A stretch of DNA of 64,000 nucleotides from Mobula hypostoma (Eukaryota): assembly GCF_963921235.1 (NCBI RefSeq), contig NC_086097.1, positions 96,598,001 to 96,662,000 on the forward strand, in the 5' to 3' direction. Position 1 is the stretch's first letter; each line of letters begins with the position of its first letter. Below, piece after piece: positions 50,935 through 61,445 of this stretch. Made by a program: the position numbers and the translations under genes. The notes below the pieces were generated by a model, which saw only the letters and a list, made by a program, of their open reading frames with translations, was not told the DNA's origin and did no database searches.

Positions 50935-50970
50935 AGTCGACATTTCAGGCCGAGACCCTTCGTCAGGACT
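50935..50970 (-). ncRNA. Minimal type-I hammerhead ribozyme motif in the Penelope terminal repeat
   Basis: Minus strand reads agtc-CTGACGA-agg gtctcgg cct-GAAA-t-GTC^gact: stem I agtc/gact, stem II agg/cct, loop-less stem III (ATGT, against ACGT in the 57.4 kb copy). Confidence 0.75.
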
Positions 50971-51265
50971 AACTGAAGGAAGAGTGAGTAAGGGATTTGA
51001 AAATTGGAGGGGGAGGGGGAGATCCAAAATGATAGGAGAAGACAGGAGGGGGAGGGATGGAGCCAAGAGCTGGACAGGTGATAGGCAAAAGGGATACGAG
51101 AGAATTATGGGACAGGAGGTCCAGGAAGAAAGACAGGGCGGGGGGGGGGCCCAGAGGATGGGCAAGGGGTATATTCAGAGGGACAGAGGGAGAAAAAGGA
51201 GAGTGAGAGAAAGAATGTGTGCATAAAAATGAGTAACAGATGGGGTACGAGGGGGAGGTGGGGCA

Positions 51266-53860
51266 TTAGCGGAAGTTAGAGAAGTCGATGTTCATGCCAT
51301 CAGGTTGGAAGCTACCCAGACGGAATATAAGGTGTTGTTCCTCCAACTTGAGTGTGGCTTCATCTTTACAGTAGAGGAGGCCGTGGATAGACATGTCAGA
51401 ATGGGAATGGGATGTGGAATTAAAATGTGTGGCCACTGGGAGATCCTGCTTTCTCTGGCGGACAGAGCGTAGGTGTTCAGCAAAGTGGTCTCCAAGTCTG
51501 CGTCGGGTCTCGCCAATATATAAAAGGCCACATCGGGAGCACCGGACGCAGTATATCACCCCAGCCGACTCACAGGTGAAGTGTTGCCTCACCTGGAAGG
51601 ACTGTTTGGGGCCCTGAATGGTGGTAAGGGAGGAAGTGTAAGGGCATGTGTAGCACTTGTTCCGCTTACACGGATAAGTGCCAGGAGGGACATCAGTGGG
51701 GAGGGATGGGGGGGGGACGAATGGACAAGGGAGTTGCGTAGGGAGCGATCCCTGCGGAATGCAGGGGGGGGCGGGGGGAGGGAAAGATGTGCTTAGTGGT
51801 GAATCCCGTTGGAGGTGGCGGAAGTTACGGAGAATAATATGTTGGACCCAGAGGCTGGTGGGGTGGTAGGAGAGGACCAGGGGAACCCTATTCCTAGTGG
51901 GGTGGCAGGAGGATGGAGTGAGAGCAGATGTATGTGAAATGGGGGAGATGCGTTTAAGAGCAGAGTTGATAGTGGAGGAAGGGAAGCCCCTTTCTTTAAA
52001 AAAAGAAGACATCTCCCTCGTCCTAGAATGATAAGCCTCATCCTGAGAGCAGATGCGGCGGAGACGGAGGAATTGCGAGAAGGGGATGGCGTTTTTGCAA
52101 GAGACAGGGTGAGAAGTGTCTAGATAGCTGTGAGAGTCAGTAGGCTTATAGTAGACATCAGTGGATAAGCTATCTCCAGAGACAGAGACAGAAAGATCGA
52201 GAAAGGGGAGGGAGGTGTCGGAAATGGACCAGGTAAACTTGAGGGCAGGGTGAAAGTTGGAGGCAAAGTTAATAAAGTCAACGAGCTCTGCATGCGTGCA
52301 GGAAGCAGCGCCAATGCAGTCGCTGAAGTAGCGAAGGAAAAGTGGGGGACAGATACCAGAATAGGCACGGAACATAGATTGTTCCACAAACCCAACAAAA
52401 AGGCAGGCATAGCTAGGACCCATACGGGTGCCCATAGCTACACCTTTAGTTTGGAGGAAGTGGGAGGAGCCAAAGGAGAAATTATTAAGAGTAAGGGCTA
52501 ATTCCGCTAGACGGAGCAGAGTGGTGGTAGAGGGGAACTGATTAGGTCTGAAATCCAAAAAGAAGCGGAGAGCTTTGAGACCTTCCTGATGCGGGACGGA
52601 AGTATATAGGGACTGGACATCCATGGTGAAAATAAAGCGGTGGGGGCCAGGGAACTTAAAATCATCGAGAAGTTTAAGAGCGTGAGAAGTGTCACGAACA
52701 TAGGTAGGAAGGGATTGAACAAGGGGGGATAAAACAGTGTCGAGGTATGCAGAAACGAGTTCGGTGGGGCAGGAGCAAGCTGAGACAATACGTCTGCCAG
52801 GACAGGCAGGTTTGTGGATCTTGGGTAGGAGGTAGAAACGGGAAGTGCGAGGTGTGGGAACTATAAGGTTGGTAGCAGTGGATGGGAGATCCCCTGAGTG
52901 GATAAAGTCGGTGATGGTGTGGGAGACAATGGCCTGGTGCTCCTTAGTGGGGTCACGATCGAGGGGTAAATAAGAGGAGGTATCCGCGAGTTGTCGCTAT
53001 GCCTCGGCAAGGTAGAGGTCAATGCGCCAGACTACAACAGCACCCCCCTTATCGGCGGGTTTAATAATAAGGTTAGGATTAGTGCGGAGGGAGTGGAGAG
53101 CAGAGCGTTCTGAAGGAGTGAGGTTGGGATGGGGACAAGGTGCGGTGAAGTCGAGACGGTTGATGTCCCGTCGGCAGTTAGCGATAAAGAGATCCAGAGC
53201 AGGCAGAAGACCAGAGCGGGGTGTCCATGAAGAAGAGGAGGGTTGAAGACGGGAGAAGGGGTCATCGGTGGGGGTGGAAGAGTCCTTGCCGAAGAAGCAG
53301 GCTCGGAGACGGCGGAAGAAGAGTTCCGCATCATGGCGAATGCGGAACTCACTGAGGTGTGGGCGAAGGGGGACAAAGGTGAGGCCCTTACTGAGGACAG
53401 AGCGCTCTGCCTCAGACAGTTGAAGGTCGGAGGGGATGGTAAAGACCCGGCACGGATGAGAGCTGGGATCAGAGGGGGGAGGAGGCAGGCTGGGGCTGTC
53501 AATGGAGAGTGGAGGGTTGGGGTGAGAGAAAGATGGAGCCTCTGAGGACCCAGGAGCTGATGATGGGATCTGAAGGAGATGGGATTGCAGAGTATTGGTG
53601 GGGGAAGGGGAGACGGGAGTCACAACAGCAGCACATAAAGACCCGGCCTGGAGTTCAAGGCTGGAGTCGCAGTTGATGGTTGCGCAATCACTTTGAATGT
53701 GTCCATGCTCGTTGCTGGAGTCCGGGTTTTGAATATGCCCTGAGGTGTTGGAGCCGGCGAGATCAATGGCAGAGGCAATCTGAGGTTCATGCCTGCTAGT
53801 TTCATGGCCAGCAGGCTCTGGAGTCCGTAGATGTAGGATCTTGCGATCTTTGCCTAACAT
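51266..53860 (-). pseudogene. Penelope-type RT/GIY-YIG polyprotein, inactivated
   Basis: IKPADKGGAVVVW, MDVQSLYTSVP, GVAMGTRMGPSYA, RYFSD (catalytic YxDD lost), VIYCVRC..C..LYIGETRRRL...EH. Confidence 0.92.
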
Positions 53861-53989
53861 GACAATTTGTACTAATAATTTGTATTGATTTTAATCCATG
53901 CCCCTAACTATCATGGTTCAGCTAATCAATTGTATCTTTAGGAATGAAAGCAAAGGGGAAGGTTTCAGTTGAAGAGACACATTAAATGC

Positions 53990-55095
53990 TGATAGTGGAT
54001 TTTTTTTGAAGATGTAACTGGTAGACAAAATTAAAGAGAACCTGTTGGTGTGGAACTTGGATTTCAAATCTCCTTTGATAAAGTTACACACAAGTAATTA
54101 GTATGCAAAATTAAAGCACACAGCGGGGGTGGGGGCATGGGGAAAATTGATTAGTAGCTAGGGAAAACAAACAACAGAAATAAATGAGAAAATCCTAAGA
54201 TTATCGGTGGGATATTGAAGAGATGAATGCTCACACTCAGGCATTTGAAAAATATGTATCAGGAATTTATTTGAGGAAACCAAATGTAAAATTTCTAAGC
54301 TGCCAATGACTTGAAATTGGGTAAGATTGTGTGGAGGATGCAGTGAGATTTAGGTAATATGAAGAACTGCGCACATACATGGCAGATGCAGAATAACACG
54401 TATCAATGTGGAGTTTTCCACTTTGCTATGAAAATAAATGCTTACCAAGGATCTGGGTGTCACAGCACTCACCAAGTAGTTAAGGTGGTAAATGGGTATG
54501 TCGATCTTCACTGCAAGAGGTTTTGAGTACAGGAGCAAGGATGTCTTGCTTCAGTTGTATACAACCTTGGGTACTGTGTGCAGTTTTGGCCTATCTATCC
54601 TACTACAGAGGGAGTGCAGCAAAGGTTCAATATATTTATTACGAAGATGCCAGAGCAGTTGTATGAGAAACAACTGGGTTCACTTGCATGTACTTAATAG
54701 AATTTAGGATAAAAAGGAATCTTATCAGGATGTACAAATTTCCAGCAAGGCTCTTTAGGTTGGATGCTGGGATGACAATTCCCATGGCTAGGGGGTTTTG
54801 TGGATGGGGAAAGTACATGATCACAATCTCAGGATATGGGGGTGAGAAACTGAGCGCTCAAATGAGATAAAATTTCTTCAGTCAGAGGGTGGTAGAAGTC
54901 TGTGGAGACCAAGCTGATGAATATGTTTAATGTGGTAAGCAGATTTTTTTTTTGACACAAAAGTCTTCAGGAGGCATGAGGAAAGATTGGCAGTATGGAT
55001 CTAAACAGAGGATCATCCATGATTGAACTGAAAGACAGACCAGGCTCAAAGGACTGAATAGCCTGCTCTTGCTCCTATTTTCTATGTTTCTATGA
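53990..55095 (+). mobile_element. Degraded CR1
   Basis: ARGFEYRSKDVLLQLY motif; ttttctatgtttctatg tail. Confidence 0.7.
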
Positions 55096-56589
55096 AAACG
55101 TGAAAGTAGACTGAGATTCCTTGTGCCAGTGCATACGAATAAACTAGCAAGAAAGAATGAGAGAGAATGTAGAGTTGCAAGAAAAAGTTTGGTGAACCAG
55201 ATAAATCAAGGTGAAACAGTGATAGTCCCAGTTCATACATGGCTTGGCTCTGGGCCAGAGGTTAACAGTTAAAAATCCTTTATTTCTACCAATCTTTCAA
55301 AAGCCATCTGCCCATAATAGAGCCAATAGAAATGTCCAAAACCATGAAACATGAAATGCTTTTCAAGGAACCTTACAGAGACTTTGTGTTGAATCTACTC
55401 TGGAATGTGCAAATATGGAACTGGCAAAGCTCTGCTGTACACAGCTAGTTACCTACAAAGAAAAATCTATCATTACCTCTCGAATCATAAGGTTATTTTA
55501 TGAGGGAGACGAACTGCAGTACGCTTTGTTGTTTAGGCACTCCTCTAATCCGTTCATTTCCTGATGTGCACCCAGAGTTTTTAATTCCTGACAAAAAATA
55601 ATGCCTCTAATCTATAAATATCAGCACCAAGTTTAAAAGTACCAAACTAACTTAGTCAGTGTCACTGTAGAAATTCCATTGGGTTATGGAGTTCCACAAG
55701 AACACGTGAATGTGCAAGAGAGAGCAGAAATGAATGAGAAAAGTGTGGGAAGAAAACAAGGAAGGGAGGAGACAAAGTGTGAAAGCACGGTAGACAAACA
55801 TGGTGAAGGAGCAAAGGAAAGGGTAATTTATTTCACTGTCAAAGAAGCTCTGCATAATTCAATAAAGCTGATATGAAACAGTATGTCATTAACTGTTTTC
55901 CAGCTAGACAGAACTGAAAGGGTGAAGAGTTTCAGTTGCTTTTGGTGAGCAGTAGCATTCTCGTATGTGATATCATCGCCTCTCCTAAACAGTGCTTTCA
56001 ATGTTTCTCCCAATCATGTTTATGGCTGAATTGTACCTTGGTGGCAGTGTAATGGTAACCTTGGTCAGCAGAGCAGAGTGAGCTTGTCCAATTCCCAACA
56101 TGACCACTGTGCTCCAGCACTCGGCAGGTGAGGACAGCATGGCCACTATTAGGAACGCACAAGGGGGTACAAACTCATGACCCATGGCTGTGGCTTGGCT
56201 ACACTTTACAGTTCTCTTCTGATGACTGCAAGAGAAGCCTGAGAGAGTTTCAATCATTTAAGTATGATTAAACCCTCCGCTGCACTGTTGCAAATGCACT
56301 ATCACATTTGCTGGATGAGGAAATGAGACTATGTAGATTATATCTAGTAGTGACAGTGGAAAGAAAGCCAATATATTCACTACGCTTTTGAGTTGAAGTG
56401 ACTGAAGAAGTTACCTGTGTATAGAGTTTTCCCCTAATCAGCATACACTGTTATCAGTCATGAAGTAGAATGTATAGATTCATGTTAGTTAGAATTAAAC
56501 AGAGACCAAGATGAAAAACAGGCCATTCTGCCCACCTTGACCATGCCAGTGTTTATGCTGCACATGAACCTCTTCCCATCCTGCTACAC

Positions 56590-57200
56590 AAGACTACAAG
56601 ACCATAAGACATAGGAGCATGATTAGGCCAGTCAGCCCATCCAGTCTGCTCGGCCATTTCATTATGACTGATCCCAGAACCCATTCAACCCAGTACACCT
56701 GCCCTCTCACCATATACCCTTGATGCCCTGACCAATGAGGAATCTATCAACTTCTGCTTTATATATACCCACGAAATTGGCCTCCACCAGAGTCTATGGC
56801 AGAGCATTCCACAGATTCACCACTCTTTGGCTAAAACAAAAAAATTCCTTCTTACTTCTGTTCTAAAAGTCACCTCTCAATTTTGAGGCTATGCCCTCTA
56901 GTTCTGGATACCCCCACCAGAATGCACATACTCTCTACATTCACCTTATCTAGTCCTTTCAACATTCGGTAGGTTTCAATGAGATCCTCATGCATTCTTC
57001 TAAATTCCAGTCAGTGCAGGCCCAAAGCTGCCAAATGCTCCTCGTATGTTAACCCCTTCATTCCCAGAATCGTCCTCATTTTAGAAACATGGAAAAACTA
57101 CAGCACAATACAGGCCCTTCAGCCCACAATGCTATGTCGAACATGTACTTACTTTAGAAATTACCTAGGGTTACCAATAGCCCTCTATTTTTCTAAACAT
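56590..57200 (-). mobile_element. CR1 3' fragments
   Basis: accataagacataggagca terminus; gcattccacagattcaccactct (reverse of QRVVNLWN). Confidence 0.7.
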
Positions 57201-57278
57201 AAGTTTTGTAGCATTAAGTACATAATATTACTATAAATTACAGAATAAATAGTGCAAAAGGAAAGGGTTCATGAGATG

Positions 57279-57500
57279 CAACAACAGGAATTCTGCAGAT
57301 GCTGGAAATTCAAGCAACACACATCAAAGTTGCTGGTGAATGCAGCAGGCCAGGCAGCATCTCTAGGAAGAGGTACAGTCGACGTTTCAGGCCGAGACCG
57401 TCCTGACGAAGGGTCTCGGCCTGAAACGTTGACTGTACCTCTTCCTAGAGATGCTGCCTGGCCTGCTGCGTTCACCAGCAACTTTGATGTGTGTTGCTTG
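57279..57500. mobile_element. Palindromic Penelope terminal-repeat mini-insertion (young copy)
   Basis: 89-bp inverted arms at 57311-57399 and 57412-57500 around a 12-nt loop; 13-bp TSD ggttcatgagatg at 57266-57278 and 57501-57513; near-identical to 50838-50970. Confidence 0.93.
57400..57433 (+). ncRNA. Minimal type-I hammerhead ribozyme motif
   Basis: gtc-CTGACGA-agg gtctcgg cct-GAAA-c-GTT^gac, with palindromic ACGT in place of stem III. Confidence 0.75.
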
Positions 57501-59773
57501 GGTTCATGAGATGGACGGGAAGAAGCAGTTTTTGAATCATTGATTGCTGTTCTTGAGGCTCCTGTACCTCCTCCCTGATGGTAGTAATGAGAAGAGGGGC
57601 ATGTCTCAATGGTGAGGGTCACTAATGATGGATGCCATTTTCTCCAGGCACCATCTCTGGAAGATGTCCTTGGTGGTGGGGAAGTTTGTGTCTGTGACGT
57701 AGCAGGCCAAATCTACAACCCTCTGCAGCCAGTCAATGCAATCCTGTACACTGGAGCCTCCACAATGCAAGCAATCAGAATGCTCGCCACTTTATATCTA
57801 TAGTAATTTGCAAGAGTCTTTGGTGACACAGCAAATCTCTTCAACTCTTAATGAAGTTAAACTGCTGGTGTGCCTTCTTCATGATTGCATCAATGTGTTG
57901 GGCTCAGGATAGATCCTCTGAGATATTGACAGCTAGGAATTTGAAGACACTCACCATTTCCATCACTGACCCTTAATGAGGACCAGTGCATATTGCCCTG
58001 AGTTCCCCTTTCTCGAGCCCACAATTAATTCCTTGGGCTTGCTGATGTTGAGTGTGAGGTTGTTGATGTGACCCTACTCAACCAACCACTTTATCTCATT
58101 GCTGTATGCCTCCTCATTACTATCTGAAATTTTACAGATAGCAGTAGTATCATCTGCAAATTTATAGATGGTACTTGAGGTGTGCTTAACCATAAAGTCA
58201 TGAGTGTAGAGAGAGTAGAGCTGTGGCTTAAGCACACATCCTTGTGTTGCATCTTGTCGATATCAGTGAGGAGGAAATATTATCATTGATTCCTACTAAC
58301 TCTGGTCTCCTGATGAGGAAGCTGAGGACCTGGTTTCAGGAGGTGGTACAGTTGCCCAGGTTTAGAAGCTTAGTGATGATGGGACTGAAGACCAAGCTAT
58401 AAGCAATAAACAGTATCCTTACATATATCATACTACTTTGACTTCACAGGAAGAAAATCCGTAAACATTTCACAATTACAGCAAGTAGTTGCAGGTTCAA
58501 TCTGTGAGTACTTCCTCAGTCAGTTCAGCTTCTTTAACCATGGTTCCCATGCCTGGAACAAGTATTTTGCAACTCGAACAATGGATGACTCTGTATGAGA
58601 TTCAGAATCAGGTTTATATGTATAACAAAAATATTTTAAGTTACAGTAAAAAATATTAAAAAGTAGTGCAAAAAGTGAGGTAATTTTCATTGTCCATTCA
58701 GAAATCTGATGGCAGAGGGGACGAAGCTGTTCCTAAAAAAAAGAGGGTGTCTTCAGGCTCCTATAACTGTTCCCAGAAGGTAACAATGAGAAAAGAGCAT
58801 GTCCTGGATGCAGAAGGTCCTTAATGATGGACTCCACCTTCTTGAGGCACCGCCTTTTGAAGATATCCTCGATGATGGGGAGGATTGTGCCCAAGATGGG
58901 GCTGGCTAAGTTTATAATCCTCTACAAATTTTTCTGATCCTATACATTGTTGTCTCCATGCCAGAAGGTTATGCAACCATTCAAAATGGTCTCCACAGTA
59001 CATCTACAGAAATTTGCTAGAGTCTTTGGTGACATACCAAATCTCCTCAAAATCCTAATGAAATATAGCCACTGGCGTGCTTTCTTCATTCTGCAGCAAT
59101 ATGATGAGCCCATAATAGATCTTCAGAAACATAAAGTGGCTCCCTCTTTCCACTGCTGACCTCACAACGAAGACTCGTCTGTGTTCTTCCAACTTCCCCT
59201 TCCTAATCAGTTCCTTGGTATTAACAACACTGAATCAAGGTTGTTGTTGTGACACCACTGAACCAGCCAATCTATCTCACTCCTCTATGCCTCCTCGTCG
59301 CCATCTGAGATTTTCTTAATAGTTGTGTTACTGCGGAATTTATAGATGTGTTTGTGCTGTGTCTAGCCACACAGTCATCAGTGCAGAGATCCAGTAGGCT
59401 AAGCAGCATCCTTGAGGTCCTCCTATATTGACCGTCAGTGATACCACTTACTGTGGTCTCCTGATGAGGAAAGTCAGGGATCGAGTTGCAGGGGGAGGTA
59501 CAGAAGCCCCAGGTTTTGAAGCTTGTTGATTAACACTGATGGTGGATGATGGTGTTGAAATCTGAGCTCTAATTAATAAACAGCCTGACATAGATACTGC
59601 TATTGTCTCATTGGTCCAAGACCAAGTGGAGAGCCACTGAAACTGCATCTGGTATTTGCCTATTATGGTGGTAGGAAAATTGGAATGGGTCCAGGTCCTT
59701 GATTATGTAGAAGTGATTCTAGCCACAACTAATCTCTCAAAGAATTTCATCACAGTAGATGTGAGTGCTACTA

Positions 59774-59824
59774 GGCTACAGTCATTGAAGGGCTACAGTC
59801 ATTGAGGGGCTATGGTCATTGAGG
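59774..59824. repeat. Three tandem copies of a 17-bp unit (ggctacagtcattgagg-like)
   Basis: Directly visible. Confidence 0.85.
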
Positions 59825-60174
59825 CAGTTCACTCTGTTCTTTTTGGGCTCCGATATCATCGCTGCCCCTTTGAAGCAGGTAGGCACTTTGACTGCAGCAG
59901 TGAGAGATTGAAGATGTCCCTGAACACTCTACCTAGTTGTTTGGCACAGGTTTGCAGTATTCTGCCAGGTATACCACTGGGACCTGATGCCTTGCGAGGG
60001 TTCACCCTCTTGAAAGATGTTCTGGGGGCAGCCTCTGAGACTCATGAACCTCCTCTGGACTGTCTCCTACAACAATACATCCTTTCTGAGATAAGGGCCC
60101 TAAAACTATTGACAATACTCCAACTGCAGCCTGACTAGTGTCTTATAAAGGCTTAGCATTATCTTCTTGCTTTT

Positions 60175-61042
60175 ATATTCTATTCCCCTTGAAATAAATG
60201 GCAACACTGCATAACCTGTGAATTAACCTTCTGGGAGTCTTGCATGTGGACTCCTAAAGCCCAATTTATACTTCTGCGTCAAATGTACGCTGTAGGTACG
60301 GCATAGCTGCGTACCCTACACTGTTGTAGTGTGGATGAAATTACCGGAGAGACAGTCACTGGTAGATACAAAGCAGCTTCTTTATTCGACACAAAGTACA
60401 GTAGGCATCTTAAGGATGGAGACACTTTCTGCAGAAAGGTCTGCTAGCTAAATGTGGGCTCGATATTTATATGCTAAACACAAAGGCAATCGCTACTTAA
60501 AAAGTTACAGACAATGCACAGACAATGCTTCCTATTGAAGCTACATACAAAATCTCACACCATCCTTTCCTCCCGACGCCAACATGTCTGGGTTGGTATC
60601 TACAGCCTTTAGGAATGTAAGTTAAATCTACGATACATTTATTTGGCATTTCCCGTGCTAACATTGAAGACAATTAATACAATTAATATTTATAATGTAT
60701 AGGTGATACTGCCTTCGAAACTACGATATCAGGTCAAACTACCAGAAGTATCTGGTATTCACACCTTTTAGGAAGCCCATTGTGGTGGACCTAATCCACA
60801 GTCCTTTGTCAAACAGTTAAAATAGAAATCTGGTGGCCAAAGTCATTTAAGTGTAAACAAATCATCTACCCAAAAAGAAATCCACTCTAACAATATTCTA
60901 TTCCCCTTGAAATAAATGGCAACACTGCATAACCTATGAATTAACCTTCTGGGAGTCTTGCATGTGGACTCCTAAAGCCCAATTTATACTTCTGCGTCAA
61001 ATGTATGCTGTAGGTATGGCGTAGCCGCGTACCCTACTCTGT
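60175..61042 (+). repeat. 150-bp direct repeat pair (60175-60324 and 60893-61042) flanking the solo LTR
   Basis: Constant offset of 718; about six substitutions by eye. Confidence 0.93.
60325..60892 (-). mobile_element. Probable solo LTR
   Basis: TG...CA ends with an imperfect terminal inverted repeat (tgtagtgtggat / atccactctaaca); minus-strand TATA-like site (~60465) upstream of AATAAA (60381-60386). Confidence 0.65.
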
Positions 61043-61445
61043 ACTGTACACCAAACCCTATGCCGTAGCCTAACGCGCACCTCTCCCAAAATGAAACCAC
61101 GCGTCGCGGTGACGCAGACCGCAACAACTGTGATTGGTCCACTTGGTAGCATCGCATTTCCGGCTGCTGCTTCTTCTTCGCTATTTCAAAATTGAGAGAG
61201 AAGAAACTCTTGTTCAACATTTATTAGCTCCAACTCCAACATGATGCACTCAGTTTCAATCGCCATTGTTTGAAGTACAGGAAGAAACTCAACACAGTGG
61301 CATAGAAATCCCACCGTCAACTAGCGTTTTGGTGGTGAATTGCAGAGCAACGCAGACATACCAATGCACAAGTATAAATGCTCACAACGGCGTAGGCCAC
61401 TTGCGTAGCCTACAGCGTAGCCCGTATGCACGTATAAATCAGCCT
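60976..61445. mobile_element. PIF/Harbinger-like MITE
   Basis: TIRs agcccaatttatac / gtataaatcagcct; TAA TSD (60973-60975, 61446-61448). Removing it restores the CR1 sequence ggactcctaagtccctttgc. Confidence 0.8.

Larger units (their letters stand above)
50838..53871 (-). mobile_element. 5'-truncated Penelope-like element (RT plus GIY-YIG endonuclease) with terminal repeat
   Basis: ORFs 52997-53860 and 51266-52624 share one frame, separated by a single TAG; 13-bp TSD ctaataatttgta at 50825-50837 and 53872-53884. Confidence 0.94.
57210..60040 (-). mobile_element. Two degraded Rex1/Babar-type LINE fragments (~57210-58420 and ~58600-60040)
   Basis: Colinear, decayed similarity to 3120-4350. 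Confidence 0.7.

Noticed and set aside
55679..56257. Short ORFs as a possible C15orf62 orthologue (nested in DNAJC17 in human)
   Set aside because: No similarity to that protein recognised; two of the three ORFs are on the wrong strand.
58450..58503. Plus-strand 54-nt segment between ttcacag and gtgagta
   Set aside because: Isolated splice-like motifs between two LINE fragments, with no recognisable peptide or partner exon.
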